19,153 nucleotides of DNA from Candidatus Micrarchaeota archaeon (lineage in GTDB: Archaea > Micrarchaeota > Micrarchaeia > Anstonellales > Bilamarchaeaceae), in NCBI GenBank assembly GCA_018304385.1, contig JAGVWJ010000031.1:1-19153 (forward strand), read 5' to 3'. The notes beneath the pieces were generated by a model. It worked only from the letters and a program-made list of their open reading frames with translations, had not been told where the DNA came from and did not search any database. The translations under genes were made by a program, and so were the position numbers. Shown here piece after piece: positions 7,567 to 16,747 of this stretch (position 1 is its first letter; each line of letters opens with the position of its first letter).

Positions 7567-8391
7567 ATGAGATTTACGACGCTAATCACATTCATCTTGT
7601 TTTCATCCATCATATTCGCAGATTTTCGTTTGGAAAATGTAGAAGTTATTATTAGTGATATAGATAAAGAAGGCGGCGCCCGCGTGCAGGAGATAATTAC
7701 ATTTTTAATTGTCGGGGATCTTTCTTATTCGCTTTATGATAGTGGACTTTACAATAATGATCTTAGTTTTTGGGCAGGAACCACGCAAATAACCGATGCA
7801 AAGCTACATCTAAATCCAAATAAAGTAGACATTCAGGATTTTAGGCTAATACCACAACCAAGAAAAGGTTGTAATATATTTGCAAATAGCTGCCGTGGCC
7901 AATTAATAATTGATTACAAGGCATTGCCGCATTATTCAAAAGGTCAGAGAATAAACGGAACCGGCCCTTTTTCGGTTAAAAAAGAAAAGCCCAGGACTAC
8001 TACATATAGGATAAACTCAGATGCACTTTCTTTTACAACAACTAATATTGGAGATATTATAATTAACAGAGACATAACGCTTAAGATAGTTCTGCCAAAA
8101 ACAAGTACTATCACAGAACTTAACCCATTCCCAGAAAATGTTGAGGTAAAGCTCCCACAACAGCTTGGCGAACTATCCTGGACAAATACCATACTTGTTA
8201 GATTTGTTCTTGCCTTTCAGGTTGAGGAGAGCCTAGGAAGTGAGGTTACCGAGTTTTTTACTGGCCTTAGCAGGACTGTTGAAAAGGTTATACGGGGAGA
8301 ACATGGTTTGGCGGCCATATTGATATTATTAATTCTTGTTGGTGGTTATATCTACCTTAGTAGTCTAAAATATAAAAAAGAAAAGCGATAA
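7567..8391 (+). CDS. Secreted, C-terminally anchored membrane protein, unknown function
   Basis: N-terminal signal peptide (MRFTTLITFILFSSIIFA), C-terminal TM (LAAILILLILVGGYIYL) followed by a basic tail; TTTAAATG at 7538-7545 at TATA distance. Confidence 0.7.
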   Translation: MRFTTLITFILFSSIIFADFRLENVEVIISDIDKEGGARVQEIITFLIVGDLSYSLYDSGLYNNDLSFWAGTTQITDAKLHLNPNKVDIQDFRLIPQPRKGCNIFANSCRGQLIIDYKALPHYSKGQRINGTGPFSVKKEKPRTTTYRINSDALSFTTTNIGDIIINRDITLKIVLPKTSTITELNPFPENVEVKLPQQLGELSWTNTILVRFVLAFQVEESLGSEVTEFFTGLSRTVEKVIRGEHGLAAILILLILVGGYIYLSSLKYKKEKR

Positions 8392-8393
8392 AT

Positions 8394-9740
8394 ATGTACA
8401 AAGGTTCTGACTTAATAATTGAGTTTCTTTCAGCTAGAAAAAGCGCAACAGTAGAAGAAATAGTAAAGGCAACCAAGCTAAATGTAGATAGCGTTAGGCG
8501 CGCTTTGGAGTGGCTTAGGGATAATGGGCATGTAACGACCAAAACCTCATCAGAAGAAAAACTAATTGTGAAAGACGAGTTTCATAGATATTATGAAAGT
8601 GGTTCGATGCCAGAATATGATGTATTTAAGAAAGCAATTGCTGGTGCTGCGATTTCTGAGTTATTGCCTCAAGAAAAACAATTTGGTTTGAGTTGGGCAA
8701 AGGTAAAAGGATACGTGACTATTGAAAGTGGCAAGCTCGTCCCGCAGAAAAATCAAGCAGATATTGATGGGGATAGAAAAAAATTATGGGAAATATTTAA
8801 TATAATAAAAGAAAAAGGTACATACGATGATCCTGCTGCACTTGAAGAGCTCTTTAGACGCAAGCTTATAGAACGACGCACGGAGAAAACTATTATTGTA
8901 GATTACACAGGAAAAAAGCTCGAACAAACTAGTTTTGATATTTCTGTCAAGAGCGAGAACGCAGCAGTTGGCAAGCAGCACCCTATTTCATTTTTAACAA
9001 AGAAAATAAAAAGAATATTTGCAGAGCTTGGCTTTTCTGAAATGACTGGAAGCATAGTTGAAAGCGCTTTCTGGAATTTCGATGCGTTATTTCAACCGCA
9101 GGATCATCCAGCGCGAGAACTTGCAGATACCTTTTATTTAAATGGCGAGGCAGAGCTTCCGGATAAAAAACTTATCGAGCGTGTAAAAAAATCGCATGAA
9201 GCTGGATGGAAATATAAATGGACCGAACAAGAGGCTAAGCGGTTAGTGCTAAGAACACATACAACTGCGCTCAGCGCCCGTTATCTTGCAGCTAATTATG
9301 AAAAAAAAGACCCAAAAAAATATTTTGCTATTGGCAGTGTGTTTAGAAACGAAGCAACTGATTATAAACATTTAGCAGAATTCCATCAAGTAGAAGGTAT
9401 AATTGCATGGGAGCATGCAACATTTAGAGATCTTTTAGGTATATTGAAAGAATTTTATATGAAGCTTGGATTTGATAAGATTCGCTTCAGACCGAGTTTT
9501 TTTCCTTACACAGAGCCAAGCCTGGAGGTAGAAGTGTTTTTCGAACCGCGCAAGCAATGGCTAGAGCTTGGTGGCGCAGGCATATTCAGGCCAGAGGTAA
9601 GCGTTCCATTGGCTAATGTTTACCCTGTGCTCGCATGGGGATTAAGTCTCGAGCGCCCGCTAATGCTTATGCTTGGTTTAGAGGATATAAGGACATTTTA
9701 CAGGAATGATTTGGATTTCCTAAAGTCTGTAAGGTTATGA
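8394..9740 (+). CDS. pheS: Phenylalanine--tRNA ligase alpha subunit (archaeal type)
   Basis: FWNFDALFQPQDHPARELADTFY, LRTHTT, FRNEATDYKHLAEFHQVEG, FFPYTEPSLE, WLELGGAGIFRPEV, AWGLSLER; N-terminal HTH-like extension. Confidence 0.97.
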   Translation: MYKGSDLIIEFLSARKSATVEEIVKATKLNVDSVRRALEWLRDNGHVTTKTSSEEKLIVKDEFHRYYESGSMPEYDVFKKAIAGAAISELLPQEKQFGLSWAKVKGYVTIESGKLVPQKNQADIDGDRKKLWEIFNIIKEKGTYDDPAALEELFRRKLIERRTEKTIIVDYTGKKLEQTSFDISVKSENAAVGKQHPISFLTKKIKRIFAELGFSEMTGSIVESAFWNFDALFQPQDHPARELADTFYLNGEAELPDKKLIERVKKSHEAGWKYKWTEQEAKRLVLRTHTTALSARYLAANYEKKDPKKYFAIGSVFRNEATDYKHLAEFHQVEGIIAWEHATFRDLLGILKEFYMKLGFDKIRFRPSFFPYTEPSLEVEVFFEPRKQWLELGGAGIFRPEVSVPLANVYPVLAWGLSLERPLMLMLGLEDIRTFYRNDLDFLKSVRL

Positions 9741-9746
9741 ACGACA

Positions 9747-11648
9747 ATGAGTACTATGCTTAAAAATATTCTAATGATTTTGGTTGGCATTTTTTTACTA
9801 GTTATCTTATTAGCAATATTTCAACCTGCTCCATCAGAGAAACCAATAGAATTTAGTGGCAATGTTTCTATAAATAATATTAACCGAATTGGCAATCATG
9901 CATATGTCCTCTTAACTTCTGAAGGGCAAGGTAACATAACCCTATTTGCTTATTCTGAAAAACCATCCAAGGAAGTATTTGTTCTTAATGATAAGGGAAT
10001 AGGGATGTCAAGATTTGAAGAATTTGTCCCTAATCTACGACATCTAGAAGAAATTGGTTTTTCCATAAAGCTTTCTGGTTCTACTGCAAAGGTTACGCGC
10101 GGTATATATGTTGTTGCAACAGGTGCTATGCCGTTTTATGTTTTTGATAACCTTAAGGAAACGAATGCAACTATTATCTACATTGGTAAGAAAGATCTAT
10201 TTCTTCAAGCAGGGAATATAAAAAGCAGGCAATGGTATTCAGAACTTTCGGAACAAGAAAAAAAGAAGATTATTGTTTATGATAAAACATTGGATGAATT
10301 TCTGGAAAATAAGGAGGATATTAACCAAATAATTCTGGAAAACTCCTGGTTATTAAAGAATAAGAAAAATTTCTATATCTCAGGAAAAAATAAAACAACA
10401 CTAAGCCTGCAGCTTTCAAATATCTCAGATAATGCGTATCTAAGGGTTTTCTATGATTTTGGAAAAAATGCAAGTAGCATTGTTGATTCTGGGATATTAC
10501 AAAGCCAGCAGTTTCCAATTCAAAGAGAGTTTAATGTTTTTCCAGATGAAAAATTCGAATTCGAAGTAAATTTGAATAAAACAAACGGAACTGTTTATCT
10601 TATTATAGAAAAAGATGGGGCAGAAATATCACGCATAAAGGAAACCAGAATTATAGATGAAGGCGTGTTATACGAGAGATTATCTTTTAAAGATCCTGGA
10701 GATTATGTAATAAAAATAACTGATAACTCTGGCGTTATTGGAGGAACTATTGTTCATGTAAAAGAATTATCTATATCCTTGAAAGAAAGACGATTACACA
10801 GCTTCACTTTCTCTATTATTCTGGATGGCGAACCTGTTGATAAAACAGAGGCAGCAGTTTCATTAAATGAAGGTGGGTCAAAGAATTTTACTATAAATAA
10901 AGGCCAGTTATCGATAAATGCCCGGCTTAATAAAGGTTTTAATGAGTTTACTTTCTCAGTTTTTGGCTCTGAATACAAAGTTCAAGTGGAAAATAATTAT
11001 GAGGATGCTACAGAGATTTATATAAAATACGGAACGCCCGGTGCTCTATTGGTTTTAGCTATCTATATATTTGCACGATTATCTAGAAAACCTGTTTATG
11101 TAATTCGTATTGGTAATATTGCTAGAGAAGTAAGAAAAGAGCTAAAATGTCAATCAAAAAGGGCAATAGAATTATTTAAGCTTACAAGAAAAGAGCTTGG
11201 AATAAACGGTCCGATAACCGCGCAAGAATTTGGTTTTATAATGAAGAGGCACTTTACAGAGGGTGCAGATGTTACTGAAGGCAACATAGAAGAGCTTCTT
11301 AAAGAACTAGAAAAAGAAGGTCTTACTCAGCATAAGCGTGGTTATTATCAGTTAAGAGGAGACGGAAATTTAGATAGAAATGTCATGCAAAGAATAATCC
11401 GAGAAAAGCTTATAGAAAAAGGCATTAACTTTACTTTAAAGAATGATAGATTTTTTACTGCTAATTATGAAATAGCATTCTTAGGTAGCGGCCGCTTGGA
11501 TAAGGCAATTATTGTATACGATAATGAAGGTGACTTTAAGAAATGGTTCAATGCACTTACAGAAAAAGATCGTGCAGCAACGAGGATAAAGCGTTTCAAT
11601 GGCTCACTAAATTTTATATCAATAGATAGAATAGAAGAGGTATTGTGA
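9747..11648 (+). CDS. Membrane protein: N-terminal anchor, large sequon-rich ectodomain, TM, cytoplasmic domain with winged-helix-like segment
   Basis: Hydrophobic N-terminus; nine N-X-S/T sequons before a second TM (GALLVLAIYIFARL); then GPITAQEF...NIEELLKELEKEGL...YYQL. Confidence 0.65.
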   Translation: MSTMLKNILMILVGIFLLVILLAIFQPAPSEKPIEFSGNVSINNINRIGNHAYVLLTSEGQGNITLFAYSEKPSKEVFVLNDKGIGMSRFEEFVPNLRHLEEIGFSIKLSGSTAKVTRGIYVVATGAMPFYVFDNLKETNATIIYIGKKDLFLQAGNIKSRQWYSELSEQEKKKIIVYDKTLDEFLENKEDINQIILENSWLLKNKKNFYISGKNKTTLSLQLSNISDNAYLRVFYDFGKNASSIVDSGILQSQQFPIQREFNVFPDEKFEFEVNLNKTNGTVYLIIEKDGAEISRIKETRIIDEGVLYERLSFKDPGDYVIKITDNSGVIGGTIVHVKELSISLKERRLHSFTFSIILDGEPVDKTEAAVSLNEGGSKNFTINKGQLSINARLNKGFNEFTFSVFGSEYKVQVENNYEDATEIYIKYGTPGALLVLAIYIFARLSRKPVYVIRIGNIAREVRKELKCQSKRAIELFKLTRKELGINGPITAQEFGFIMKRHFTEGADVTEGNIEELLKELEKEGLTQHKRGYYQLRGDGNLDRNVMQRIIREKLIEKGINFTLKNDRFFTANYEIAFLGSGRLDKAIIVYDNEGDFKKWFNALTEKDRAATRIKRFNGSLNFISIDRIEEVL

Positions 11649-11651
11649 ATG

Positions 11652-11714
11652 GCAATTAGCCTTCAGCCTTGCGCAATGGGCCCATTGCTCACTGCCCAAT
11701 GCTCATGGCAGGTA
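11652..11714. repeat. Heptamer array copy C: nine units with head-to-head inversion
   Basis: GC at 11652, 11659, 11666, 11673, 11680, 11687, 11694, 11701 and 11708; perfect palindrome GCAATGGGCCCATTGC at 11673-11688; 11680-11709 matches 18173-18202 at 25/30. Confidence 0.85.
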
Positions 11715-11719
11715 AACCT

Positions 11720-12922
11720 ATGAGATTTGTTCTTATTCTGTTTTTGCTTTGCACTATTGCATTTGCACAGTTTTTAGATCCACCAATACATAACATGACA
11801 TCGCTAAATAATGAAGCGTTATTGAATTTACAAAACAACTACTTAAATCAGCTAACAAAATCAACACCAACGATAAGTAATCCAGTAGAAGCAGCTGACG
11901 CCAAGCTCATAAAGTTTGACCCTGCTGTTGATAATTTTATATCAGCAGAAAATCAGCCCAAGCTCATTTGGATTTGGGCAGAAAAGCATGCAGAAGAAGT
12001 AAATATAGCAGCAGATCTGCAAAGCTGTACAGATGGCATTAACCTTCGATTTAATTCCAGAACAATTAATCCAAATATTGAATTTTTATTTAATGGAAAC
12101 AACAAGACCACAAATGATTCTAGCACATTCTCAATTGACATTCCATTCTCAATTGAAGAATTATCTGCCACACCAAATCAAAATATCACTGTTTCGCTTT
12201 CCGGTGAGTTTAATTTTCTATACGATAGAACAGTTTTGCATTATCAATATTTGCCATGCAGCGAAGGTGGAGTAGAGGAAGGTTGCGTGGCAACGTGCGA
12301 ACTTTACAGCATCAATTCAGATATAGCTAATTTTTCAAGGCAATTCTCGTCAGTGCTTAATTATACGGTTGAGGGAGGCAATAACCTATTCTTTTTAACC
12401 AAGCCAGTTTTGCGCGAGCAATGGTATAGAAATAATAAATTTAATAACTTAGTATTCTCGAATCGTGTATTTTATAAATCAGTAATTCTTTTTAATGACG
12501 AAGAGATCTCAAATACATCTATTTACAATTTTGATTTGTATAACGATAGCTTAGGTATTTTTTATATAAGAACTACTAATAAGAGTGAAGCGAACATTAC
12601 ATATATATTAATGAAAGAAAACACTGGCTTGTTTTCACCACATACACTTCAGCAATCCAATAGTTCGTATTCTTACTTATATCAAATAAACACTACTTAT
12701 GTTGGCATCGGAGAAAATAACATTACACTTCTTATGGTGGATCGTTTCTTAAATAACGCTACAAAAATAGAACAAATAAATAGTAGAATGCTTTCTTTAG
12801 ACGGATCTTCCAAAATTGCTAGGCCAAGTCTAGTTTTTAATAGCGCTGTAATATCAAATATTATTATTGGTGTCGGTATATTAGGTGTTTTCTTATTTAT
12901 TATTCTTAGAAAAGTCCGCTAG
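11720..12922 (+). CDS. Secreted, C-terminally anchored Asn-rich glycoprotein (S-layer/surface-like)
   Basis: Signal peptide from ATG 11720 (MRFVLILFLLCTIAFA), 14 N-X-S/T sequons, C-terminal TM plus RKVR. The track start at 11669 lies inside the repeat. Confidence 0.7.
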   Translation: MRFVLILFLLCTIAFAQFLDPPIHNMTSLNNEALLNLQNNYLNQLTKSTPTISNPVEAADAKLIKFDPAVDNFISAENQPKLIWIWAEKHAEEVNIAADLQSCTDGINLRFNSRTINPNIEFLFNGNNKTTNDSSTFSIDIPFSIEELSATPNQNITVSLSGEFNFLYDRTVLHYQYLPCSEGGVEEGCVATCELYSINSDIANFSRQFSSVLNYTVEGGNNLFFLTKPVLREQWYRNNKFNNLVFSNRVFYKSVILFNDEEISNTSIYNFDLYNDSLGIFYIRTTNKSEANITYILMKENTGLFSPHTLQQSNSSYSYLYQINTTYVGIGENNITLLMVDRFLNNATKIEQINSRMLSLDGSSKIARPSLVFNSAVISNIIIGVGILGVFLFIILRKVR

Positions 12923-13104
12923 ATTTTTTCCCCTAGTGCAAACGTTCTCTTGATATCAGTTATTTTTACTTTGCATTGTTCGCCCTTTTTCGCGTTCTTT
13001 ACAAAAACTATCAGCTCATCTTTTTTGGCGATGCCTTCTCCATGTGGATTTTGCGCAGTTATCTCTAATGTTAGCACTTCGCCTATATTTATCTGTGGTT
13101 TCAT
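12919..13104 (-). CDS. Single TRAM-domain protein (RNA-binding, RNA chaperone-like)
   Basis: IGEVLTLEI...GEGIAK...IVFVKNAKKGEQCKVKITDIKRTFALG matches the archaeal stand-alone TRAM consensus. Confidence 0.9.
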   Translation of the reverse strand: MKPQINIGEVLTLEITAQNPHGEGIAKKDELIVFVKNAKKGEQCKVKITDIKRTFALGEKI

Positions 13105-13148
13105 GTTATGATATTATTTAAAAGAAGTTATATTACTTTCTGTTCTTT

Positions 13149-13262
13149 TCATTCTATAACCTGATTCTTTGGTTCCTGAATATTGCTAGGCAGGTTAAGC
13201 GGTCCTCTAGAATAAACAGTCCCAAATATCTCCTGCGTTCTCCTAACTCTTTGTAATTCCAT
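13149..13262 (-). CDS. Putative 37-aa small protein (MELQRVRRTQEIFGTVYSRGPLNLPSNIQEPKNQVIE)
   Basis: Fills the 200-bp gap between dtdA and the TRAM gene on the same strand; SD AGGTGA (13273-13268) 5 nt before the ATG. Confidence 0.5.
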   Translation of the reverse strand: MELQRVRRTQEIFGTVYSRGPLNLPSNIQEPKNQVIE

Positions 13263-13310
13263 TGTGGTCACCTGTTATTATTTTTCCATAGACATTTAAA
13301 TATCTTTTCT

Positions 13311-14084
13311 TTATCTCTCAACATATTCGACATGAAACGAATCGCATAAATCTTTTATTAATGTTTTTTGTTTTTTATTCAAATTTTCTTTTAAAATCCA
13401 AACCTGCTTAATTTTTTCAATGTTTTTTTCTATTGCCTGCTTAAACGTGTCCTCAGCCAAGCTATCTAGATGGTATTTTGGTAAGATATGGCCTATTGCA
13501 ATATCATCTTCTAATTCCATCTTGTTGAAATCTCTTGGGTAATGGCCGCAGCCAACTGCAAAAACAGTTTCAAATGTTTTATTATTTTTTATTGACTTCT
13601 CTACCGCATGCGCAACTACTTTTGCAGCATTCTTATCTGTTAAATACTTATCACTTCCACCATACTCAACAAAGATGATTGGTACATTGCAGGTTGGACC
13701 GTGATGATCTGCTTCTAGCGTAACATCCCAGTTCAGTTGTTTATTTTCCTCGTATATGTTTTGCATTATTATTTTGAGCTTGCTTGCATATGCAATATTA
13801 AGCGTTCTTGGTGCACCACCAAAGTCTGCGTTATTCCAATTTCCTGGAAAATGTGCAGTAAGCGCTTTTTGCTCTTGTTTGCTTTTATGTGAGCTAAGCA
13901 CGATTACGCAGTCAGTAACAAAATCAGTTGGCACATCTAGTATTGACTCAGTTTCGGTATCAATTAGTTTTACATTATCCCTCTGCCAGACGTTTTTTTC
14001 TATACTTTCGTAACCTAAGTTAATCATCTCTTCTGCAATATTCCTACTGGAGATATTCTTTGATGTGAATAGTAATACTGGCAT
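13311..14084 (-). CDS. dtdA: D-aminoacyl-tRNA deacylase (archaeal DTD2/GEK1 type)
   Basis: SSHKSK, LTAHFPGNW, VTLEADHHGP, FVEYG, GCGHYP and GHILPKY motifs. Start at ATG 14084 with AAGGTG as SD; the track GTG 14093 is that SD. Confidence 0.92.
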   Translation of the reverse strand: MPVLLFTSKNISSRNIAEEMINLGYESIEKNVWQRDNVKLIDTETESILDVPTDFVTDCVIVLSSHKSKQEQKALTAHFPGNWNNADFGGAPRTLNIAYASKLKIIMQNIYEENKQLNWDVTLEADHHGPTCNVPIIFVEYGGSDKYLTDKNAAKVVAHAVEKSIKNNKTFETVFAVGCGHYPRDFNKMELEDDIAIGHILPKYHLDSLAEDTFKQAIEKNIEKIKQVWILKENLNKKQKTLIKDLCDSFHVEYVER

Positions 14085-14102
14085 AATTAACACCTTACTG
14101 AA

Positions 14103-14660
14103 TTAAAATAAAAGCAAGTAAGCTGCGCAAACAAGTGGCAATGAGAGATTATCATCTATAGGTAACCTAATACTTTCTATTATTGTTGTTATAATGGCAA
14201 GTGGAACTATTTTTGGGCCAATGAATAAATATGCAATAAGTGAGGTAATAAAAAACGCAGCACTACCTTCAATAGTTTTTTCCTTATTATATGGAAGTTT
14301 GTATCTCCCATGTATACCAATAATAGTTGCGATTCCGTCAGATACGCCAAGAATAAATATTCCAACCAATATTTCATTATCTTCACTAAGTGCTGTTGCC
14401 AATAAGATTATTCCAAAAACATACCAGGCAGGTCCCCATCCGGGAAATCGTACGTTCTGTCTTTCTAGTGCATCTCCTATGTCATGAGCCATTGGTACGC
14501 GCTTGCCAGTTAGTTTAAAGTTTATCAATAAAGAGCCAATAAATAAAAGCAATAGTGCAATTGCAATTAGGTTTATTCTTCCTAAGTATATAAGAATGAA
14601 CATAAACACTAGTCCAGCTATTACATGTACTAGCTGTCTAGCTAGCTCTCTTTCTCTCAT
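14103..14660 (-). CDS. Dolichol kinase / SEC59-like (cytidylyltransferase family) membrane protein
   Basis: RQLVH, SDGIATIIG, KTIEGS and IDDNL motifs in a multi-TM protein. Confidence 0.85.
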   Translation of the reverse strand: MRERELARQLVHVIAGLVFMFILIYLGRINLIAIALLLLFIGSLLINFKLTGKRVPMAHDIGDALERQNVRFPGWGPAWYVFGIILLATALSEDNEILVGIFILGVSDGIATIIGIHGRYKLPYNKEKTIEGSAAFFITSLIAYLFIGPKIVPLAIITTIIESIRLPIDDNLSLPLVCAAYLLLF

Positions 14661-15151
14661 TTAGAAAACCCCTGTTTTTCACCATTTTTTATTAATAGAT
14701 CCGTAATATAATAAGAAATACCTGCAACAGCAATGCCGCCACCAACATCAACTAGTGAGTGCACTGTCAAGTATATGCGCGTGAATGATACAAATACTGC
14801 AAACAATAAATATGCAGGGTAGCTTCTCTTATTAAGAAATGCAATTGCTAATGTAAATGATAGCGCAGCATGAGTACTTGGAAAAGCATAGCTATTTGGG
14901 CAGTCTATTCTAGCAAATTCATTAATGCACGGTCTATTAATTTTAAATATCTCCTTTGCAGCAGCGCTTATAATAAATGCCAAAACAAATGCAAATATTA
15001 TTTTTTTTATTTTTTCCCTTCTTCTTTCTCCAATGAGCATTGCTGTTAAAAGTGCTATGCCAAATATAATATCGCTATCCAATGCTTTTGATATATTGGT
15101 TAAAAGTTCATTATTTACCGTTGAGATAAATAAGGAGATATAGTCTTGCAT
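14657..15151 (-). CDS. PAP2-family lipid phosphate phosphatase
   Basis: KxxxxxxRP (KEIFKINRP), PSTH (PSGH variant), TRxxxxxHxxxDV. Confidence 0.9.
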   Translation of the reverse strand: MQDYISLFISTVNNELLTNISKALDSDIIFGIALLTAMLIGERRREKIKKIIFAFVLAFIISAAAKEIFKINRPCINEFARIDCPNSYAFPSTHAALSFTLAIAFLNKRSYPAYLLFAVFVSFTRIYLTVHSLVDVGGGIAVAGISYYITDLLIKNGEKQGFSK

Positions 15152-15166
15152 GGATGTTTATTATCT

Positions 15167-16747
15167 TCATATATTTATAAAGTAAAATGTAACCGCAGCA
15201 AGCATGGAAGTGGCTATAAAATATATTATTACATTATGCTTTTTTCCCTCCAGCTCGGATATAAAATATGATGTAAGAAGCGCATAGAGTATTATATAAG
15301 CAGGCATTATAGTATAAAAGATATTGAAATCTATTGCTGTTTTAGATAGCTCTTGCATGCTATACGCTAATCCAATCGTAGATTTTATTATGAGTGGCAT
15401 AAGAAGGCTTGAAAAAATTAATGTATATTTTTGCGTTGCCAGTGTGTTATTTCGTTCTCTGTCTATTTCTCTAAATTTTAATATATCGTCTGCAACATAA
15501 TTTAGTTTATCAATAGTGTTCGTGTTTATTGCCAACGCAATAAAACTGCAAACACGCTTTAAAATTTGAGAATGAGTTCTTTCGCTTAAGCTAAAAAGTA
15601 CTTTTTCCGGTTTGATGTTTGCTTCTAGTTGTTTTTTTGCCACCTTGCTTTCCAGTGCAAGTTCTCCATATCTTTTATCTTGCCACATTTCAAATATTCT
15701 ATCAAGTTTTACTCCTTTTGGTATAGCGCTTGCAGTCATTAGTGCATCTGGAATTTGCTCTTCAATATCAGCGATTCTTTTTTGTTTTTTATAATCAAGT
15801 ATGAAAATGAAAAACAATATAATATATGTTATAGCAATAAAGATTTTATTTAGTGGTTCTTCAAGCACTAGCACCGCAGCAACCAATATGAATGCAGCAA
15901 GCATTGGCGCATAGTTAAATTTGCCCCTATTTTCAAATATTATATTTGGCAATGTTGATTTTGCAACTAATACAACAGATGTTGCTAATACAGGAAGGAC
16001 TAATAGAAAGATTATAGTTATTTGTTCTTTATTGAACTCGCTTTCAAATATTCCTTTTCCTAATATCGTTGTTACTATGAATAACGTTGGTAGAATAGTA
16101 GATAGCGCTATGAATATTAAACCGAATATCGCGACCCTTGATGAATATTCTCTTAGTTTAAATCTTTGTATAGATAGTAGTTCATCTGCTAATTTTTTCA
16201 GATCCTGCGCCCCAGTACCGATTTGATATACTATTATTATCTGATTTATTGCCCTTTTGATTGTTAAAGATTTTATATTGCTAGAAAAAGCAGATAACCT
16301 TTTTTGTAGAGACGCACCTTTTTCAACATCTGCTACTATTGTTTTTAATTCTTTATTTAATTCACCACTTTCTTCGCTAGCTATTTTTATGGCCTTTTGA
16401 AATGGGAGGTTCATATCAAGCAATAGTGACAGCGTTCTTAGTACTATTGGCAATTCACTTTCCATTCTATGTATTGTTAATGAATATTCAAAGCTTGGTA
16501 ATTTTATTAATGTAAATACAAATACAGCAAACAGAATTAGCGTTACTCCAAAACCATACAGGTTGAAATCAAATTTTAGTAATAATATTAAAATGGAAAA
16601 AAGTGCTGAAAGAAAAAGTGAGACAGACAGATACTTTTTTGCCACTGCCTCTGGTTTTATATATTTTAATACATCTAGTTCTTTGCTTTCTATATTAATT
16701 TCAGGAAAATAATTAGAAAGTTTGACTAAAACATCAACTATCCTCAT
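15167..16747 (-). CDS. Type II secretion / type IV pilus platform protein with two T2SSF domains
   Basis: Two repeats of the T2SSF pattern (MESELPIVLRTLS...; IEEQIPDALMTAS...) separated by TM segments; overlaps the ATPase stop. Confidence 0.85.
   Translation of the reverse strand: MRIVDVLVKLSNYFPEINIESKELDVLKYIKPEAVAKKYLSVSLFLSALFSILILLLKFDFNLYGFGVTLILFAVFVFTLIKLPSFEYSLTIHRMESELPIVLRTLSLLLDMNLPFQKAIKIASEESGELNKELKTIVADVEKGASLQKRLSAFSSNIKSLTIKRAINQIIIVYQIGTGAQDLKKLADELLSIQRFKLREYSSRVAIFGLIFIALSTILPTLFIVTTILGKGIFESEFNKEQITIIFLLVLPVLATSVVLVAKSTLPNIIFENRGKFNYAPMLAAFILVAAVLVLEEPLNKIFIAITYIILFFIFILDYKKQKRIADIEEQIPDALMTASAIPKGVKLDRIFEMWQDKRYGELALESKVAKKQLEANIKPEKVLFSLSERTHSQILKRVCSFIALAINTNTIDKLNYVADDILKFREIDRERNNTLATQKYTLIFSSLLMPLIIKSTIGLAYSMQELSKTAIDFNIFYTIMPAYIILYALLTSYFISELEGKKHNVIIYFIATSMLAAVTFYFINI

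Noticed and set aside
11652-11714. CRISPR array
   Set aside because: Units are 7 bp and contiguous, with no 25-45 bp repeats, unique spacers or cas genes.
9554-12424. Single GCAATGG heptamers at 9554, 10229 and 12418 as extra repeat copies
   Set aside because: Isolated single units inside coding sequence (Gln-Trp codons) with no 7-nt periodic neighbours; expected by chance.
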